Shown: positions 1 through 10,138, counted from the first letter of the stretch. The stretch: 32,000 nt of DNA from Caedibacter taeniospiralis (GCF_002803295.2 NZ_PGGB02000007.1:1-32000); one strand, 5' to 3'. Notes: generated by a model not told the origin, from the sequence alone. Numbers and translations: made by a program.

Positions 1-1
1 T

Positions 2-1246
2 AATAACTGGGATACCAGTCATGTCACCGACATGAGCGCCATGTTTTCAGGTGCTTCAGCATTTACCCAGAATATTTCTGCCTGGAATGTTGCTAAGGTT
101 ACCTCAGATCTTCATTTTGATGAAGTTACCAGCTCAAGCTGGACCGCAGAGATGAAACCGCATTTTTCAAAAGCGGTCATTGAGTGGTCCAAAACTTTGC
201 CGATGACAACACTTGCTCCAGGAGGGACGACTGAAGTTAAACACCCCAGCTATGTGATTTCTGATCCTGGACTTACTGATCGGTTAATGGCAAATAAGAC
301 TTACACTTACCGCATTAAAAATATTGGTGAGAGACCACTTACTTTCGACAAAAACGCCGTTACCGTAACTAGCTCCGATATCACTATTGGTAATAATAAC
401 TGTAAAAATGCAAGCCTTGCAAAAGGTGCAAACTGCTCATTTGACATAACGGCTTCCTCACAGACTTCGACCAGCATAATACTTCAACTTACCACAGCGG
501 ATGCAGATATTGCAAATCCTGAGGATAAAATACTTAGTGATGTCAAAATTATCCCAGAAGGCACGGTGATTTGTAGTGAGGTACCAGTGGGTGAGATATT
601 CACACTTGATGGTGATACCACCACACACTATTTTCTTGTTGTTGAAGACGGAACTGGTCCAAGTGGTATTAAAAACGATAATATATATGGCAATTATATT
701 AATAGCGACATGAATAAAGTATGTACGACTCATGTGACGGATATGAGTGATCTATTTCATGGCAGTGCATTTAATCGTAATATTAATGATTGGGATACCA
801 GTAATGTCACCAATATGAGCGCTATGTTTTCAGGTGCTTCAGTATTTAACCAGCCCCTTAATGACTGGAATACCAGTAATGTCACCAATATGAGCGATAT
901 GTTTTATGATTCAGAATTTAACCAGCCGCTTAATGACTGGAATACAGGTAATGTTACCGATATGAGCTACATGTTTGACGATTCATACTTTAACTGGCCG
1001 CTTAATGACTGGAATACAGGTAATGTCACCAATATGCGCTATATGTTTGCGGAGTCACGCTTTAACCAACCGCTTTATAAATGGGATACCAGTAAGGTCA
1101 CCGATATGAGCTATATGTTTCATGGTGATGTTGGTTTTTGTCAGGATCTTTCAGCCTGGGATGTTGCTAACGTTATAGCATATGATTGTTTTGATCATAG
1201 TACCACCAGAAGCTGGAGAGAAGACATGCACCCAAAATTTCGATAA
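2..1246 (+). CDS. BspA-family / DUF285 repeat surface protein, 5'-truncated by the window edge, with an internal choice-of-anchor-D (ASPM/SPD-2/Hydin)-like domain
   Basis: Frame is open from base 2 (NNWDTSHVTDMSAMF). Repeats of WDTSNVTNMSxMFxxxxxFNQPLND, 24-25 aa each, lie on both sides of a beta-rich segment (NIGERPLTFDKNAVTVTSSDITIGNNNCKNASLAKGANCSFDI). The ATG at 32 is probably internal. Confidence 0.85.
   Translation, partial: NNWDTSHVTDMSAMFSGASAFTQNISAWNVAKVTSDLHFDEVTSSSWTAEMKPHFSKAVIEWSKTLPMTTLAPGGTTEVKHPSYVISDPGLTDRLMANKTYTYRIKNIGERPLTFDKNAVTVTSSDITIGNNNCKNASLAKGANCSFDITASSQTSTSIILQLTTADADIANPEDKILSDVKIIPEGTVICSEVPVGEIFTLDGDTTTHYFLVVEDGTGPSGIKNDNIYGNYINSDMNKVCTTHVTDMSDLFHGSAFNRNINDWDTSNVTNMSAMFSGASVFNQPLNDWNTSNVTNMSDMFYDSEFNQPLNDWNTGNVTDMSYMFDDSYFNWPLNDWNTGNVTNMRYMFAESRFNQPLYKWDTSKVTDMSYMFHGDVGFCQDLSAWDVANVIAYDCFDHSTTRSWREDMHPKFR
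785..1180 (+). repeat. Tandem coding repeats with ~72-75 bp period (DUF285/BspA LRR-like units)
   Basis: Successive units 'aatgactggaatacc/aggtaatgt(c/t)acc(a/g)atatgagc(g/t)a(t/c)atgttt...tttaaccagccgctt' repeat about five times at DNA level. Confidence 0.85.
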
Positions 1247-1465
1247 GCATGAGATATAAAATAACGGTACAAAATTAAGAGTTACATTAAGAAGGGCAAG
1301 AAATTGCCTGCTATGGCAGCCCCTGGCAGAGTCTGCGGGCACTCATTTATTAAAACAATGAACCATGACCGTGACCATTATTCCCGTCCACTCTTAGTGC
1401 TGAGCACTGACACGCTTTTAAAAAGCCTTGAGTCTCTTAAAAAGAGGGGAAAAACAGAGAAATTA

Positions 1466-2470
1466 TTATGCTTTTAATGGGACAGGAATGCTCGTTTCAA
1501 CACGTTGGTTGATCGATTGATTCGCCTTGGTTGTATTTGGTACCAGCGGACGACTATAACCATATCCAACGACTTCAATATTGCTCGCGTCAACGCCTTG
1601 TGCAATCATATAAGTTTTGACCGCTTGCGCGCGATTAACAGATAGCTGTTGATTATATTGTGCAAATTTAGCACCTGTTTTACCTTGTGAAGCAAAGCCT
1701 TGCAACACAACTTTATTGATGTCATATTCCTTTATGAAATTAATCAAGTTATTGATCGCTGCTTTTGCTTTTGCATTTAGGGCATAGCTGCTATAGGAAA
1801 ACTTAGCATCCAAGTGCATAGTGACCTTATCACCATCCACCGTGTAGCAGCCAATTGACTCACGCGTTATCTCAGAAGTACCTGCCTGGCATTCCATCAC
1901 ATTTTTTGGCAGCGCGTAAGCAGCATGATACTCTTCTTCACGCGCCTGCTGGCTAGCTGAAGTTGAACCCACTGCGCCATATGATGCCACATTATTTGCA
2001 CCACCAAAGTACAGACCAATACCCACAGTAAACATACTGCCATCTGGTGTTTTTGAACCAAATGACTGAAGATAGCGGTAATCTGCAGAAACAAAAGCAT
2101 TCGGCGCAAAATCATACTTAACGCCTACGCCTGCATCAACACCAAATGAATTGGTTGTCATATCCATATAGCCACCACCAACAGCGACATATGGAATGAG
2201 ATTTGTGTTATTAGCAAAGTTCCAAATCCCCTCTGCCAGGACGGCTTTCTGGTTATTGCCCATATAATTAATGCTGGCTTGTGCGGCAAGGTTGTTATTA
2301 AACCCATAACCCACAGTGCCCACAATAGCAGGTCCGCTTTCAGAATAGCTATGGTTAAAGTAACCACCCAAGCCAAATTGACCATATAACTGTTTACTAT
2401 GATCATTTGCGGCGAAGGCTGTGGAGCATAATCCTGTGACTAACAGACTGGCAATGATTTTCTTCTTCAT
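1466..2470 (-). CDS. OmpA-family outer membrane protein (N-terminal beta-barrel, C-terminal OmpA-like peptidoglycan-binding domain)
   Basis: Signal peptide MKKKIIASLLVTGLCSTAFA, glycine-rich barrel segment, C-terminal VVLQGFASQGKTGAKFAQYNQQLSVNRAQAVKTYMIAQGVDASNIEVVGYGYSRP typical of OmpA domains. Confidence 0.9.
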   Translation of the reverse strand: MKKKIIASLLVTGLCSTAFAANDHSKQLYGQFGLGGYFNHSYSESGPAIVGTVGYGFNNNLAAQASINYMGNNQKAVLAEGIWNFANNTNLIPYVAVGGGYMDMTTNSFGVDAGVGVKYDFAPNAFVSADYRYLQSFGSKTPDGSMFTVGIGLYFGGANNVASYGAVGSTSASQQAREEEYHAAYALPKNVMECQAGTSEITRESIGCYTVDGDKVTMHLDAKFSYSSYALNAKAKAAINNLINFIKEYDINKVVLQGFASQGKTGAKFAQYNQQLSVNRAQAVKTYMIAQGVDASNIEVVGYGYSRPLVPNTTKANQSINQRVETSIPVPLKA

Positions 2471-2739
2471 GATTTTTCCTCTTCATTGGTTTTGATTGTA
2501 AATAAAACACATAATTCTTCGTTCGTGACCTCGTCATCAAGCAATTTCATAGAAATGCTGAAACATCCAAGCTGTAAGCAACTGGGAATGAAGTCTAAAC
2601 CGCGCCCAGTATAATTAACTTTTTAGCAGAGTTGGAGTGTTGTTACGCATTTTCAATGAAAAAATCTGAATTTTATTGTCTCCAGCAGCCATCTGCGTTT
2701 AAATGCCCACTTAAGGCACTTTAAAACAAAGGCATTATA

Positions 2740-4530
2740 ATGTCTGACATTCAACATAAGATCAAAATACTGCGTCAATTGATGGATCAAAAACAATATG
2801 ACTTTTACCTGACTCCCTCAACCGATGCGCACAATAATGAATATCTCCCCAAAGCCTGGCAGCGAAGACCATGGATTAGTGACTTTACTGGCAGCGCAGG
2901 TGAGGCACTTGTTGGTCACAAGGAGGCGCACCTTTGGACAGATGGACGCTACTTTCTTCAAGCCGAAACGGAACTCGATAGCTCCATTTATCAACTACAA
3001 AAGCAACAAGGCTACATTTCTGAGTTTGAAAACTGGCTTGAAATCCATGCTTATGGTAAAACCCTTGCTATTGATCCAACCACACTTTCCATTAAACGCG
3101 GACAGACCATAAATGCACTGATGCACAAGCTTCGTGGAAAGTGCGTTTTTGATAAAAGCAATTTGATCGATGAGGTGCGCAGGTTATGCAACGAAAGCAC
3201 CGACTTACCTCATGGCAAAGCGTTTTTACAAACGCTACAATTCAGTGGCAAAGAAACGCAGGTTAAGCTTCGCGAAATTCGAAATAAACTCAATGAACAT
3301 CGTGTTGATGCGCTTGTGATCAGCGTACTGGATGAAATTGCCTGGCTGCTAAATATTCGTGGACATGATATTGAATTTAACCCACTACTTATAAGCTATG
3401 TCATTGTCAGCGAAGCGCATTGCCAGTTTTTTGTCGATGAAACAAAGCTTGATGATCATATCAAACAAAATCTTATATCTCATGGCGTTGAGATTCTGCC
3501 GTATGAGGACTTTTATGATGCGCTTAAGCATCTTAATGTTAGAGTATGGATTGATGCTAACACCGCTAATTATGCCATATTGCAATGCTTAAACCGTGAA
3601 GCCAGTCCCTATTTTGCTCAATCTCCCATCGTTTTAATGAAAGCATGCAAAAATATCGTCGAAATCGATGGCAGTAAACTTGCTCACAAGAAAGACGCTA
3701 TTGCCATGATTGAGTTTATTTATTGGCTTGAGAATAATTGGCAACAAGGTGTTGATGAGCTTAGCGCACAGCAGAAGCTGCTTGAGTTTCGCCAAAAACA
3801 ACCTCATTTTAAAGGTGCTAGTTTTGACACCATCAGTGGTTTTGCCAGTAACGGGGCAATCATTCATTATCGCTCAAGCAAGAAAACCTCAAAGATAATC
3901 GATGATAGCAACCTCTATCTTCTGGATTCAGGGGGACAATACTTAGAAGGCACAACAGATATAACCCGAGTATTTCACTTAGGCATCCCTATGCCCCTAC
4001 ACAAACACTATTACACCTTGGTGCTCAAAGGACATTTAGCCCTTCAAAATATGAGCTTCCCAAAAGGCACTAAAGGCGAGCAATTAGATAGCTTGGCACG
4101 CCAGCCATTATGGCAAGAACAGTTAAACTACGGGCATGGCACGGGTCACGGAGTTGGCAGCTTTTTATGTGTCCACGAGGGCCCACAACGCATTTCTCCC
4201 GCTTTTAGTAATCAGTCCCTTGAGCCTGGCATGATTGTCAGCAATGAGCCTGGCATTTATTTCCCAAATCGATTTGGCATACGCATCGAGAACCTGTGTT
4301 TTGTCAAAAAACTAAAAGAGCAGGCTCACCATGAGTGTGGCGAGTTTTACGCCTTTGAGGATCTCACCTTAGTGCCATATGCCCGAAATTTAATTGCTAT
4401 TGAGTTATTAACCCATAATGAGATCAGACAAATCAATAGCTACCACCTGCGTGTTGAAAAGGAAATCATGCCAATGATCAGCAATGAGAAAATTAAAACA
4501 TGGCTAGGCAATCAACTGAAACCCTTATAA
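2740..4530 (+). CDS. pepP: Xaa-Pro aminopeptidase (aminopeptidase P family, M24, three-domain form)
   Basis: 596 aa; LTPSTDAHNNEYLPKAWQRRPWISDFTGSAG start; metal-ligand motifs LLDSGGQYLEGTTDITR, GHGTGHGVGSFLCVHEGP and EPGIY. Confidence 0.9.
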   Translation: MSDIQHKIKILRQLMDQKQYDFYLTPSTDAHNNEYLPKAWQRRPWISDFTGSAGEALVGHKEAHLWTDGRYFLQAETELDSSIYQLQKQQGYISEFENWLEIHAYGKTLAIDPTTLSIKRGQTINALMHKLRGKCVFDKSNLIDEVRRLCNESTDLPHGKAFLQTLQFSGKETQVKLREIRNKLNEHRVDALVISVLDEIAWLLNIRGHDIEFNPLLISYVIVSEAHCQFFVDETKLDDHIKQNLISHGVEILPYEDFYDALKHLNVRVWIDANTANYAILQCLNREASPYFAQSPIVLMKACKNIVEIDGSKLAHKKDAIAMIEFIYWLENNWQQGVDELSAQQKLLEFRQKQPHFKGASFDTISGFASNGAIIHYRSSKKTSKIIDDSNLYLLDSGGQYLEGTTDITRVFHLGIPMPLHKHYYTLVLKGHLALQNMSFPKGTKGEQLDSLARQPLWQEQLNYGHGTGHGVGSFLCVHEGPQRISPAFSNQSLEPGMIVSNEPGIYFPNRFGIRIENLCFVKKLKEQAHHECGEFYAFEDLTLVPYARNLIAIELLTHNEIRQINSYHLRVEKEIMPMISNEKIKTWLGNQLKPL

Positions 4531-4536
4531 CTCGAT

Positions 4537-4693
4537 TACGCACTTTTGCTGGTTTTTAAACTACCCCGTCAGCCTGCGGCTGCCACCCCTTCACCAGTGA
4601 AGGGGAATAAGTGATAAGCTTTCCGAAAATTCCCCTTCACTTGGTGAAGGGGTGCCGAGCTTGCGAGGCGGGGTAGTTCAGCAAAAATGCGTA
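4537..4693. repeat. Long imperfect inverted repeat with nested hairpins between convergent genes (possible MITE/REP-like element or bidirectional terminator)
   Basis: Left arm aactaccccgtcagcctgcggctgccaccccttcaccagtgaaggggaat (from 4559) matches the reverse complement of the right arm ending at 4678 (attccccttcacttggtgaaggggtgccgagcttgcgaggcggggtagtt). Outer flanks tacgcacttttgctg / cagcaaaaatgcgta also pair. Confidence 0.85.
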
Positions 4694-4710
4694 CTTACAG
4701 TCATAATTTT

Positions 4711-6891
4711 TCATAACTTTGATAGTTTCGCCATTTTAGCCAGCAATACTTTTCTGCCTCCCCCTGCCTTAAAGTCAATGTGATAGCATAAATCATCCCC
4801 CAGCCCCTCCGTCTTTAATATCACGCCTATGCCAAATTTGGGGTGGGTCACAAAACTTCCTGTTTTAAATTGTGACTGACTCTCTTTTTGCTGCATGTTG
4901 ACAAACTCAAACGGTGATATGCCAAAGCCAGCTGCTGTTGGGGCGGCTCGCTGTCTGATTTCGTGTAAATACGCTTTGGGGATCTCACTCAAAAAGCGCG
5001 ACTTAACCTGATAATTGACATTGCCATATTGATGGCGAACTTTACTGAAACTCAGTGTTAAATGGCGCATCGCACGCGTAATGCCTACATAGCAAAGTCT
5101 ACGTTCTTCGGCAAGTTTATCCGCATGTTCTAGTGAACGCGAGGATGGAAATAAACCATCTTCAAGTCCACCGATAAAAATATAAGGAAACTCAAGTCCC
5201 TTTGCAGTGTGCAAGGTCATAAGCTGCACCGCCTCACTATGATCATCGGCTTGCATTTCTCCCGACTCTAAAACAGCAAAACTTAAAAATTCAAGCAGTA
5301 AATCCTCCTCATCAACCGCTTCAATAGGAGGAACAAATTCACTAGCGGCATTGACAAGTTCCTTTAGGTTTTCACATTTTTGCTGTGATTTTTCTGATTT
5401 AGAGGCTTCATACATCAGGCTCAAGCCACTGGCATCAATCACATGACGCATCAGCTGTCCCAAACTTAACGTATCTTTTAATGCTGCCATGTCTTCAATT
5501 AAGCTGATAAAACGCCCTAGCGCCTGTGCTGAGCGACTGGGTAACTGGTTTGTATCTATCATTTGTACCGTTGCCTGCCAAAGCGATAAACCGTGCAAAC
5601 TTGCATAGTCACGAATATTATCCAGGGTTTTCAAACCAATCCCACGCACAGGCAGGTTGACCACGCGCTCAAACGCCAGATTATCTGCTCTTAACGCAAT
5701 GAGGCGCATGTAGGCCAAAGCATCTTTAATTTCAGCACGATCAAAAAAGCGCAAGCCACCATAGATTCGATAGGAAATACCGAGTTTTAACAGCGCTTCC
5801 TCAATGACGCGTGATTGTGCGTTAGATCTGTACAATATCGCAATGTGTGATAAGTTGATCCTTTGATTCTTGCTAAGATCCTGTATTTTTTGCACGATAT
5901 AATCCGCTTCATCGCGCTCGTTAAAGGCTTCATATACGGCAATTTTCTCGCCTTTTTCCTCTTTTGACCACAGCACCTTGCCCATGCGTTTACTATTGTT
6001 TGCAATGATGGCATTAGCAGCATCAAGAATGATTTGTGTTGAGCGGTAATTTTGCTCTAAACGCACGATTTTCACAGGATTTAGATCAGATAGAAAGTGT
6101 TCAATATTTTCAATTTTAGCCCCGCGCCAGCCATAAATTGACTGATCATCATCACCAACCGCCATAAAGCTATTGGAGTCAGACTTTAAGCACATCAGCC
6201 ACTTGTACTGTACTGTATTAGTATCCTGAAACTCATCGACAAGCACATAGTGAAAACGTTTCTGATAGTAACTCCTTAGGACTTCATTCTGCTTAAAAAG
6301 CTCATAGGCATATAACAGTAGATCAGCAAAATCCAGGGCATTATCGGCTTTTAATCGCGCCTCATATGCCTGGTAAATTTTAATCACCTCGCCATCAAAA
6401 TGGGCTTTAGGCAAATCAATAGCACGAATACCTTCATCTTTCTTGCCATTGATGAAGGCTTGAGAATACTTTGGCGGGTAGTATTTTTCATCTAAATTCA
6501 GGCTTTGAATGACTTTTCTAATCACTTGTAGCTGATCATCTTGATCAAGCACCTTAAAGTTACGATTAAAACCCATTTCTTGCGCATGCTGACGCAAAAG
6601 CCTGTGTGCGATGCCATGAAAGGTGCCAATCCACATGCCAACGGTTGAAAATCCAAGTAACTCTTCAACTCTACCGCGCATTTCTCTTGCGGCTTTATTA
6701 GTAAAAGTCACCGCTAAAATATTCAGTGGTGAAACGTTTTTTTCCTGACACAAGTAAGCAATTCTATGGGTTAGCACCCGTGTTTTACCACTTCCAGCAC
6801 CCGCTAAGATGAGCGCATTTTCATTATTTAACAACACCGCTTCCTGCTGTGCTGCATTTAGAGATTCAATATTTTCAATAATAACAGACAT
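4711..6891 (-). CDS. uvrD: DNA helicase II, UvrD/Rep superfamily 1 helicase
   Basis: 726 aa; Walker A AGAGSGKT, VDEFQDTN, GDDDQSIYGWRGA, LEQNYRS, TLHTAKGLEFPYIF, and a C-terminal tudor-like HPKFGIGVI...GGGRKVLLAKMAKL. Confidence 0.95.
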   Translation of the reverse strand: MSVIIENIESLNAAQQEAVLLNNENALILAGAGSGKTRVLTHRIAYLCQEKNVSPLNILAVTFTNKAAREMRGRVEELLGFSTVGMWIGTFHGIAHRLLRQHAQEMGFNRNFKVLDQDDQLQVIRKVIQSLNLDEKYYPPKYSQAFINGKKDEGIRAIDLPKAHFDGEVIKIYQAYEARLKADNALDFADLLLYAYELFKQNEVLRSYYQKRFHYVLVDEFQDTNTVQYKWLMCLKSDSNSFMAVGDDDQSIYGWRGAKIENIEHFLSDLNPVKIVRLEQNYRSTQIILDAANAIIANNSKRMGKVLWSKEEKGEKIAVYEAFNERDEADYIVQKIQDLSKNQRINLSHIAILYRSNAQSRVIEEALLKLGISYRIYGGLRFFDRAEIKDALAYMRLIALRADNLAFERVVNLPVRGIGLKTLDNIRDYASLHGLSLWQATVQMIDTNQLPSRSAQALGRFISLIEDMAALKDTLSLGQLMRHVIDASGLSLMYEASKSEKSQQKCENLKELVNAASEFVPPIEAVDEEDLLLEFLSFAVLESGEMQADDHSEAVQLMTLHTAKGLEFPYIFIGGLEDGLFPSSRSLEHADKLAEERRLCYVGITRAMRHLTLSFSKVRHQYGNVNYQVKSRFLSEIPKAYLHEIRQRAAPTAAGFGISPFEFVNMQQKESQSQFKTGSFVTHPKFGIGVILKTEGLGDDLCYHIDFKAGGGRKVLLAKMAKLSKL

Positions 6892-6894
6892 GAT

Positions 6895-7191
6895 TTATAC
6901 GCCATGGTGATGCTGTTGATTTAAGAGTGCCTCAAGGTGGTTAATTTTTTCTCTCAAATTTAAAATAATTGAAACTCCTGAAGAATTGACCCCTAAATCG
7001 CTCATTAAACGCCTGGCTGATTTAGCCCGTGCAATATCGTCTGCGACCACGTAGTAGATATTGTTTTCTAGTTGTGCATAAATCACCTCATGCTCTATCC
7101 ACTCCACAATAATCGTTTGTGGCACGCACAACATCTGCGATAGTTCAATGATGCTGATATAGTCCCCTTGCGCTCTTATTCTAGTCATCAC
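6895..7191 (-). CDS. cbpM: Chaperone modulator CbpM
   Basis: 98-aa MerR-like small protein immediately downstream of and overlapping a cbpA-type J-protein gene. Confidence 0.75.
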   Translation of the reverse strand: MMTRIRAQGDYISIIELSQMLCVPQTIIVEWIEHEVIYAQLENNIYYVVADDIARAKSARRLMSDLGVNSSGVSIILNLREKINHLEALLNQQHHHGV

Positions 7192-8132
7192 TACACTCCC
7201 AATAAGTCTTTACGCGGATCAAATGCCATTTCCTGTGCCATCTTCTGATAAAAGGCTTTTTGTGCATCAGAGACAGCAGGTGGCAAAATGACCTCTAAAA
7301 CAATATAAAAATCACCATCGGCTAAGCCCTTACCTTTTAAGCGCATTTTTTTACCACTTTGTGTGTGTTCTGGAATGTTAAGCTTCATAGAACCATGTGG
7401 AGTAGGCACCATAATGTCGGCACCTAGCGCTGCCTCCCATGGAGCGACGGGAATATGACTATAAATGTCGTTATTTACTACTTTATACTGTTTATCGGAT
7501 TGAACGCATACTTCTAAATACAGGTTACCATCTTGCCCGCCGCCAACGCCAGCTTCCCCCTGCCCTTTCAAACGAATTTGCTGGTGATTGCCAACAGCTT
7601 TGGGAATCTTAACTTTAAGTCGCTTGGTTTTTTCCATAATATGACCTTCTTGATTAAGAGTCTGATAGGTAAAATGCAGCTCACGCTCCACGCCTGTTAA
7701 AGCATCAGTCACTGAAATGTCGACTTTCGTATGCAAATCCTGCCCATTGATTGAAAAGCCTTGCTTTTGTTGACGCTGACGTGCACGTTGCTGGCGAAAA
7801 AATTCACCAAAAACATCTTCATAATCACCAAAATCACCGCTTTGGTAACGATATTGCTGAGAACTGCCAGATCCTCTATGGTGCGTTTCCTGTTGAAAGC
7901 CGTTTTGCCCAGCATGTTGCCAGTTTCTGCCATATTGGTCATATAATTTGCGTTTTTTGTCATCTTTTAACACCTCGTACGCATCCTGCACCTCCTTGAA
8001 TTTCTCCTCGGCATTTGCTTCTGTACTCACATCAGGGTGATATTTTTTTGCTAACCGACGATAGGCTTTTTTGATTTCGGCGTCAGTTGCTGCTTTTGCT
8101 ATACCCAAAACACTGTAATAATCTTTATCCAT
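7191..8132 (-). CDS. cbpA: J-domain co-chaperone / curved DNA-binding protein CbpA
   Basis: [37 protein letters not shown]-domain with HPD; C-terminal DnaJ-type substrate-binding domains; no zinc-finger domain. ORF track start is 8153; the M at 8132 starts the J-domain and is more likely. Confidence 0.88.
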   Translation of the reverse strand: MDKDYYSVLGIAKAATDAEIKKAYRRLAKKYHPDVSTEANAEEKFKEVQDAYEVLKDDKKRKLYDQYGRNWQHAGQNGFQQETHHRGSGSSQQYRYQSGDFGDYEDVFGEFFRQQRARQRQQKQGFSINGQDLHTKVDISVTDALTGVERELHFTYQTLNQEGHIMEKTKRLKVKIPKAVGNHQQIRLKGQGEAGVGGGQDGNLYLEVCVQSDKQYKVVNNDIYSHIPVAPWEAALGADIMVPTPHGSMKLNIPEHTQSGKKMRLKGKGLADGDFYIVLEVILPPAVSDAQKAFYQKMAQEMAFDPRKDLLGV

Positions 8133-8201
8133 ATTTTTTCCTACTTTGCTCACGCATTTACTTACTGGAACTACTTAAAACTCACTCAATCGTAAATCTA
8201 T

Positions 8202-8858
8202 TTACTCATCCTCAGTTTCCACCACCCAATTCTCAGGCGGCATGAGATAAATTACTTTCCAGCCCGTTTCAGGCGAGTACTGGCTATCGGGTGAAGTCAC
8301 ATGAATCTGGTTTTTTTTATTGATATAAAAAAGCGGGATGGCTCTTTGGTTAAGCGATGCAAACTGTTCCCAAGTAAATCCATTACTAAGCGCTGTTGTC
8401 TTAATTTGCCCTCCTTGTTTAACAATGCTTCTTAAGATTTGATAGGATAGATCTTTGCTAAATAAACGTTGAGCATACTTTTTCGTTAAATAGTTTAACT
8501 TAGAGTTTGCTTTATTTTGTGCGGTTGGCAAAACAAACACAGAGACACGCCCATCAAACTCCCGATAATACTTCACCGCAGCTAGGGTATTCATCTGCTC
8601 GCTACTAGAGCAACCAAGCATACGCCCAATACCCACCAGGTTTAAATGCCAGTCCGCATGCTCCGATACAGAGCTCCCGTAATAGCAATTTAAGCCCTGA
8701 AGACGACAACCCTGCACACTGCGCCAGCTCGTATCCGCCATAACTACATGCACATCATTATTTTTCAATTCCTGGGCGATCGCTCTTGCTAAGGTATTGC
8801 CACCAATTATCAAGAAACCTCGTGGCTCAGGCACCGAGGCATGCAAAAGCCTTGCCAA
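8202..8858 (-). CDS. TrkA-N (RCK-N)-like regulatory domain protein, probably the C-terminal part of the adjacent antiporter
   Basis: EPRGFLIIGGNTLARAIAQELKNNDVHVVMADTS Rossmann-type motif; overlaps the 3' end of the antiporter ORF by 32 nt in another frame; starts with TTG and has no obvious Shine-Dalgarno. Confidence 0.65.
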   Translation of the reverse strand: MARLLHASVPEPRGFLIIGGNTLARAIAQELKNNDVHVVMADTSWRSVQGCRLQGLNCYYGSSVSEHADWHLNLVGIGRMLGCSSSEQMNTLAAVKYYREFDGRVSVFVLPTAQNKANSKLNYLTKKYAQRLFSKDLSYQILRSIVKQGGQIKTTALSNGFTWEQFASLNQRAIPLFYINKKNQIHVTSPDSQYSPETGWKVIYLMPPENWVVETEDE

Positions 8859-10071
8859 AATATGGAGCGGTTAGACTTTGAATGATTACCGTACCCAAAA
8901 TAACCATAAACACGATCAGGACAAGAAGCTCACCTTCTTCTGAAAAATGCAAATTCTCAATCACCTTGATGGAAAGCAGTGCTGCTACGGCAGCGGCAAC
9001 GATTCCGCGCGGCGCGATCCAGCTTACCATCACCCGTTCTGACCAGTTGAGTTCACTGCCTAAGGTTGAGATCCCTGCAGCAATGGGGCGCACGATGATC
9101 TGTAACAAAAGCACCAGAATAATGGCTTTCCACCAAACCGCTTCAAGGTGTTCAAAGCTTATATTAGCACCCAGAATAATAAATAAGTTTGAGATTAAAA
9201 TAAGGCTCAGTGATTCTTTAAAATCGAGAATCTCTTCAATATGTGCATTGGGCATATTGCCAACAATCACGCCCATAACTGTTACGATTAAAAGTCCTCC
9301 ACCTTCAACAATGCGCTCAGCAACCACAAAGCTTGTGATCACAAAGGACAGCACGAACATGTTATTCAGATATCCAGGAACCCATTGCCTTTTCAAAATA
9401 GTTCCCAGCAGGAAACCCGCGATCAGTCCGCCAATTCCTCCCACAATAAACACCAGCAAGATATGTGTGATAATATTCCAAAGCGCATTGTATTGGGACG
9501 CAGTAATCGCCGTAAAAACAATCACTGCCAAAAGTGCACCAATTGGATCAACCAGCATCCCTTCCCAGCGAATGACATTCGCAAGCTTTTCTGTTGGTCT
9601 TACACTGCGCAAAATCGGTACAACTACTGTGGGACCACTCACCGAAGAGATTGCACCAATAAGAGCCGAGACCTGCCAGGAAATATTGAAAATAAAATGC
9701 ACCAGAAGCGTAGTTAAAATCGCTGTGACCAGGAGTCCAATGGTTACAATATTTCTCACTGTTCCGCCTAAGCCTTTAATTTCTTTAAACTTCAAGCTCA
9801 TGCAGCCTTCAAACAGGATGACTGCCACGCAAATAGAAACAATCGGATAGAGTGTGTCTTTAAAGAGGAAAGTTGGACGTAAAAATTGGTAATGCTCACC
9901 CAAAACAAGCTGGCTCACAGGACCCAATACAATTCCAACGACCAATAAAAACAGGATTGCTGGCAATTTCATCCGCCATGCCAGCCATTGACAAATAAAG
10001 CCCAGCAATAAGATCACCATAAATACAACTGGGATATATGTGGTCGATGCGAAAAAATTATTTACTCCCAT
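8827..10071 (-). CDS. Cation:proton antiporter (CPA1/NhaP-like)
   Basis: 414 aa, many TM segments; LPAILFLLVVGIVLGPV, SVCVAVILFEGCMSL, AISSVSGPTVVVPIL, EGMLVDPIGALLAVI, APRGIVAAAVAALL. Confidence 0.88.
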   Translation of the reverse strand: MGVNNFFASTTYIPVVFMVILLLGFICQWLAWRMKLPAILFLLVVGIVLGPVSQLVLGEHYQFLRPTFLFKDTLYPIVSICVAVILFEGCMSLKFKEIKGLGGTVRNIVTIGLLVTAILTTLLVHFIFNISWQVSALIGAISSVSGPTVVVPILRSVRPTEKLANVIRWEGMLVDPIGALLAVIVFTAITASQYNALWNIITHILLVFIVGGIGGLIAGFLLGTILKRQWVPGYLNNMFVLSFVITSFVVAERIVEGGGLLIVTVMGVIVGNMPNAHIEEILDFKESLSLILISNLFIILGANISFEHLEAVWWKAIILVLLLQIIVRPIAAGISTLGSELNWSERVMVSWIAPRGIVAAAVAALLSIKVIENLHFSEEGELLVLIVFMVILGTVIIQSLTAPYFGKAFACLGA

Positions 10072-10138
10072 CTAAGTGTTCAACCTCAAATTTAAACTAA
10101 GCGTCATTGTAACAAACCACCTCGTAAGCGAAAATGCT

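Noticed and set aside
785-1180. Regular ~72-75 bp spaced repeats could be mistaken for a CRISPR-like array
   Set aside because: Repeats are contiguous coding units of DUF285 protein sequence, with no spacers and no cas genes nearby.
6895-8132. cbpM-cbpA as an unusual chaperone pair
   Set aside because: Standard well-described operon arrangement, nothing novel.
8882-9850. 322-aa plus-strand ORF opposite the antiporter gene
   Set aside because: Shadow ORF; low-complexity Thr/Ile/Ser-rich translation antisense to a clear membrane protein gene.
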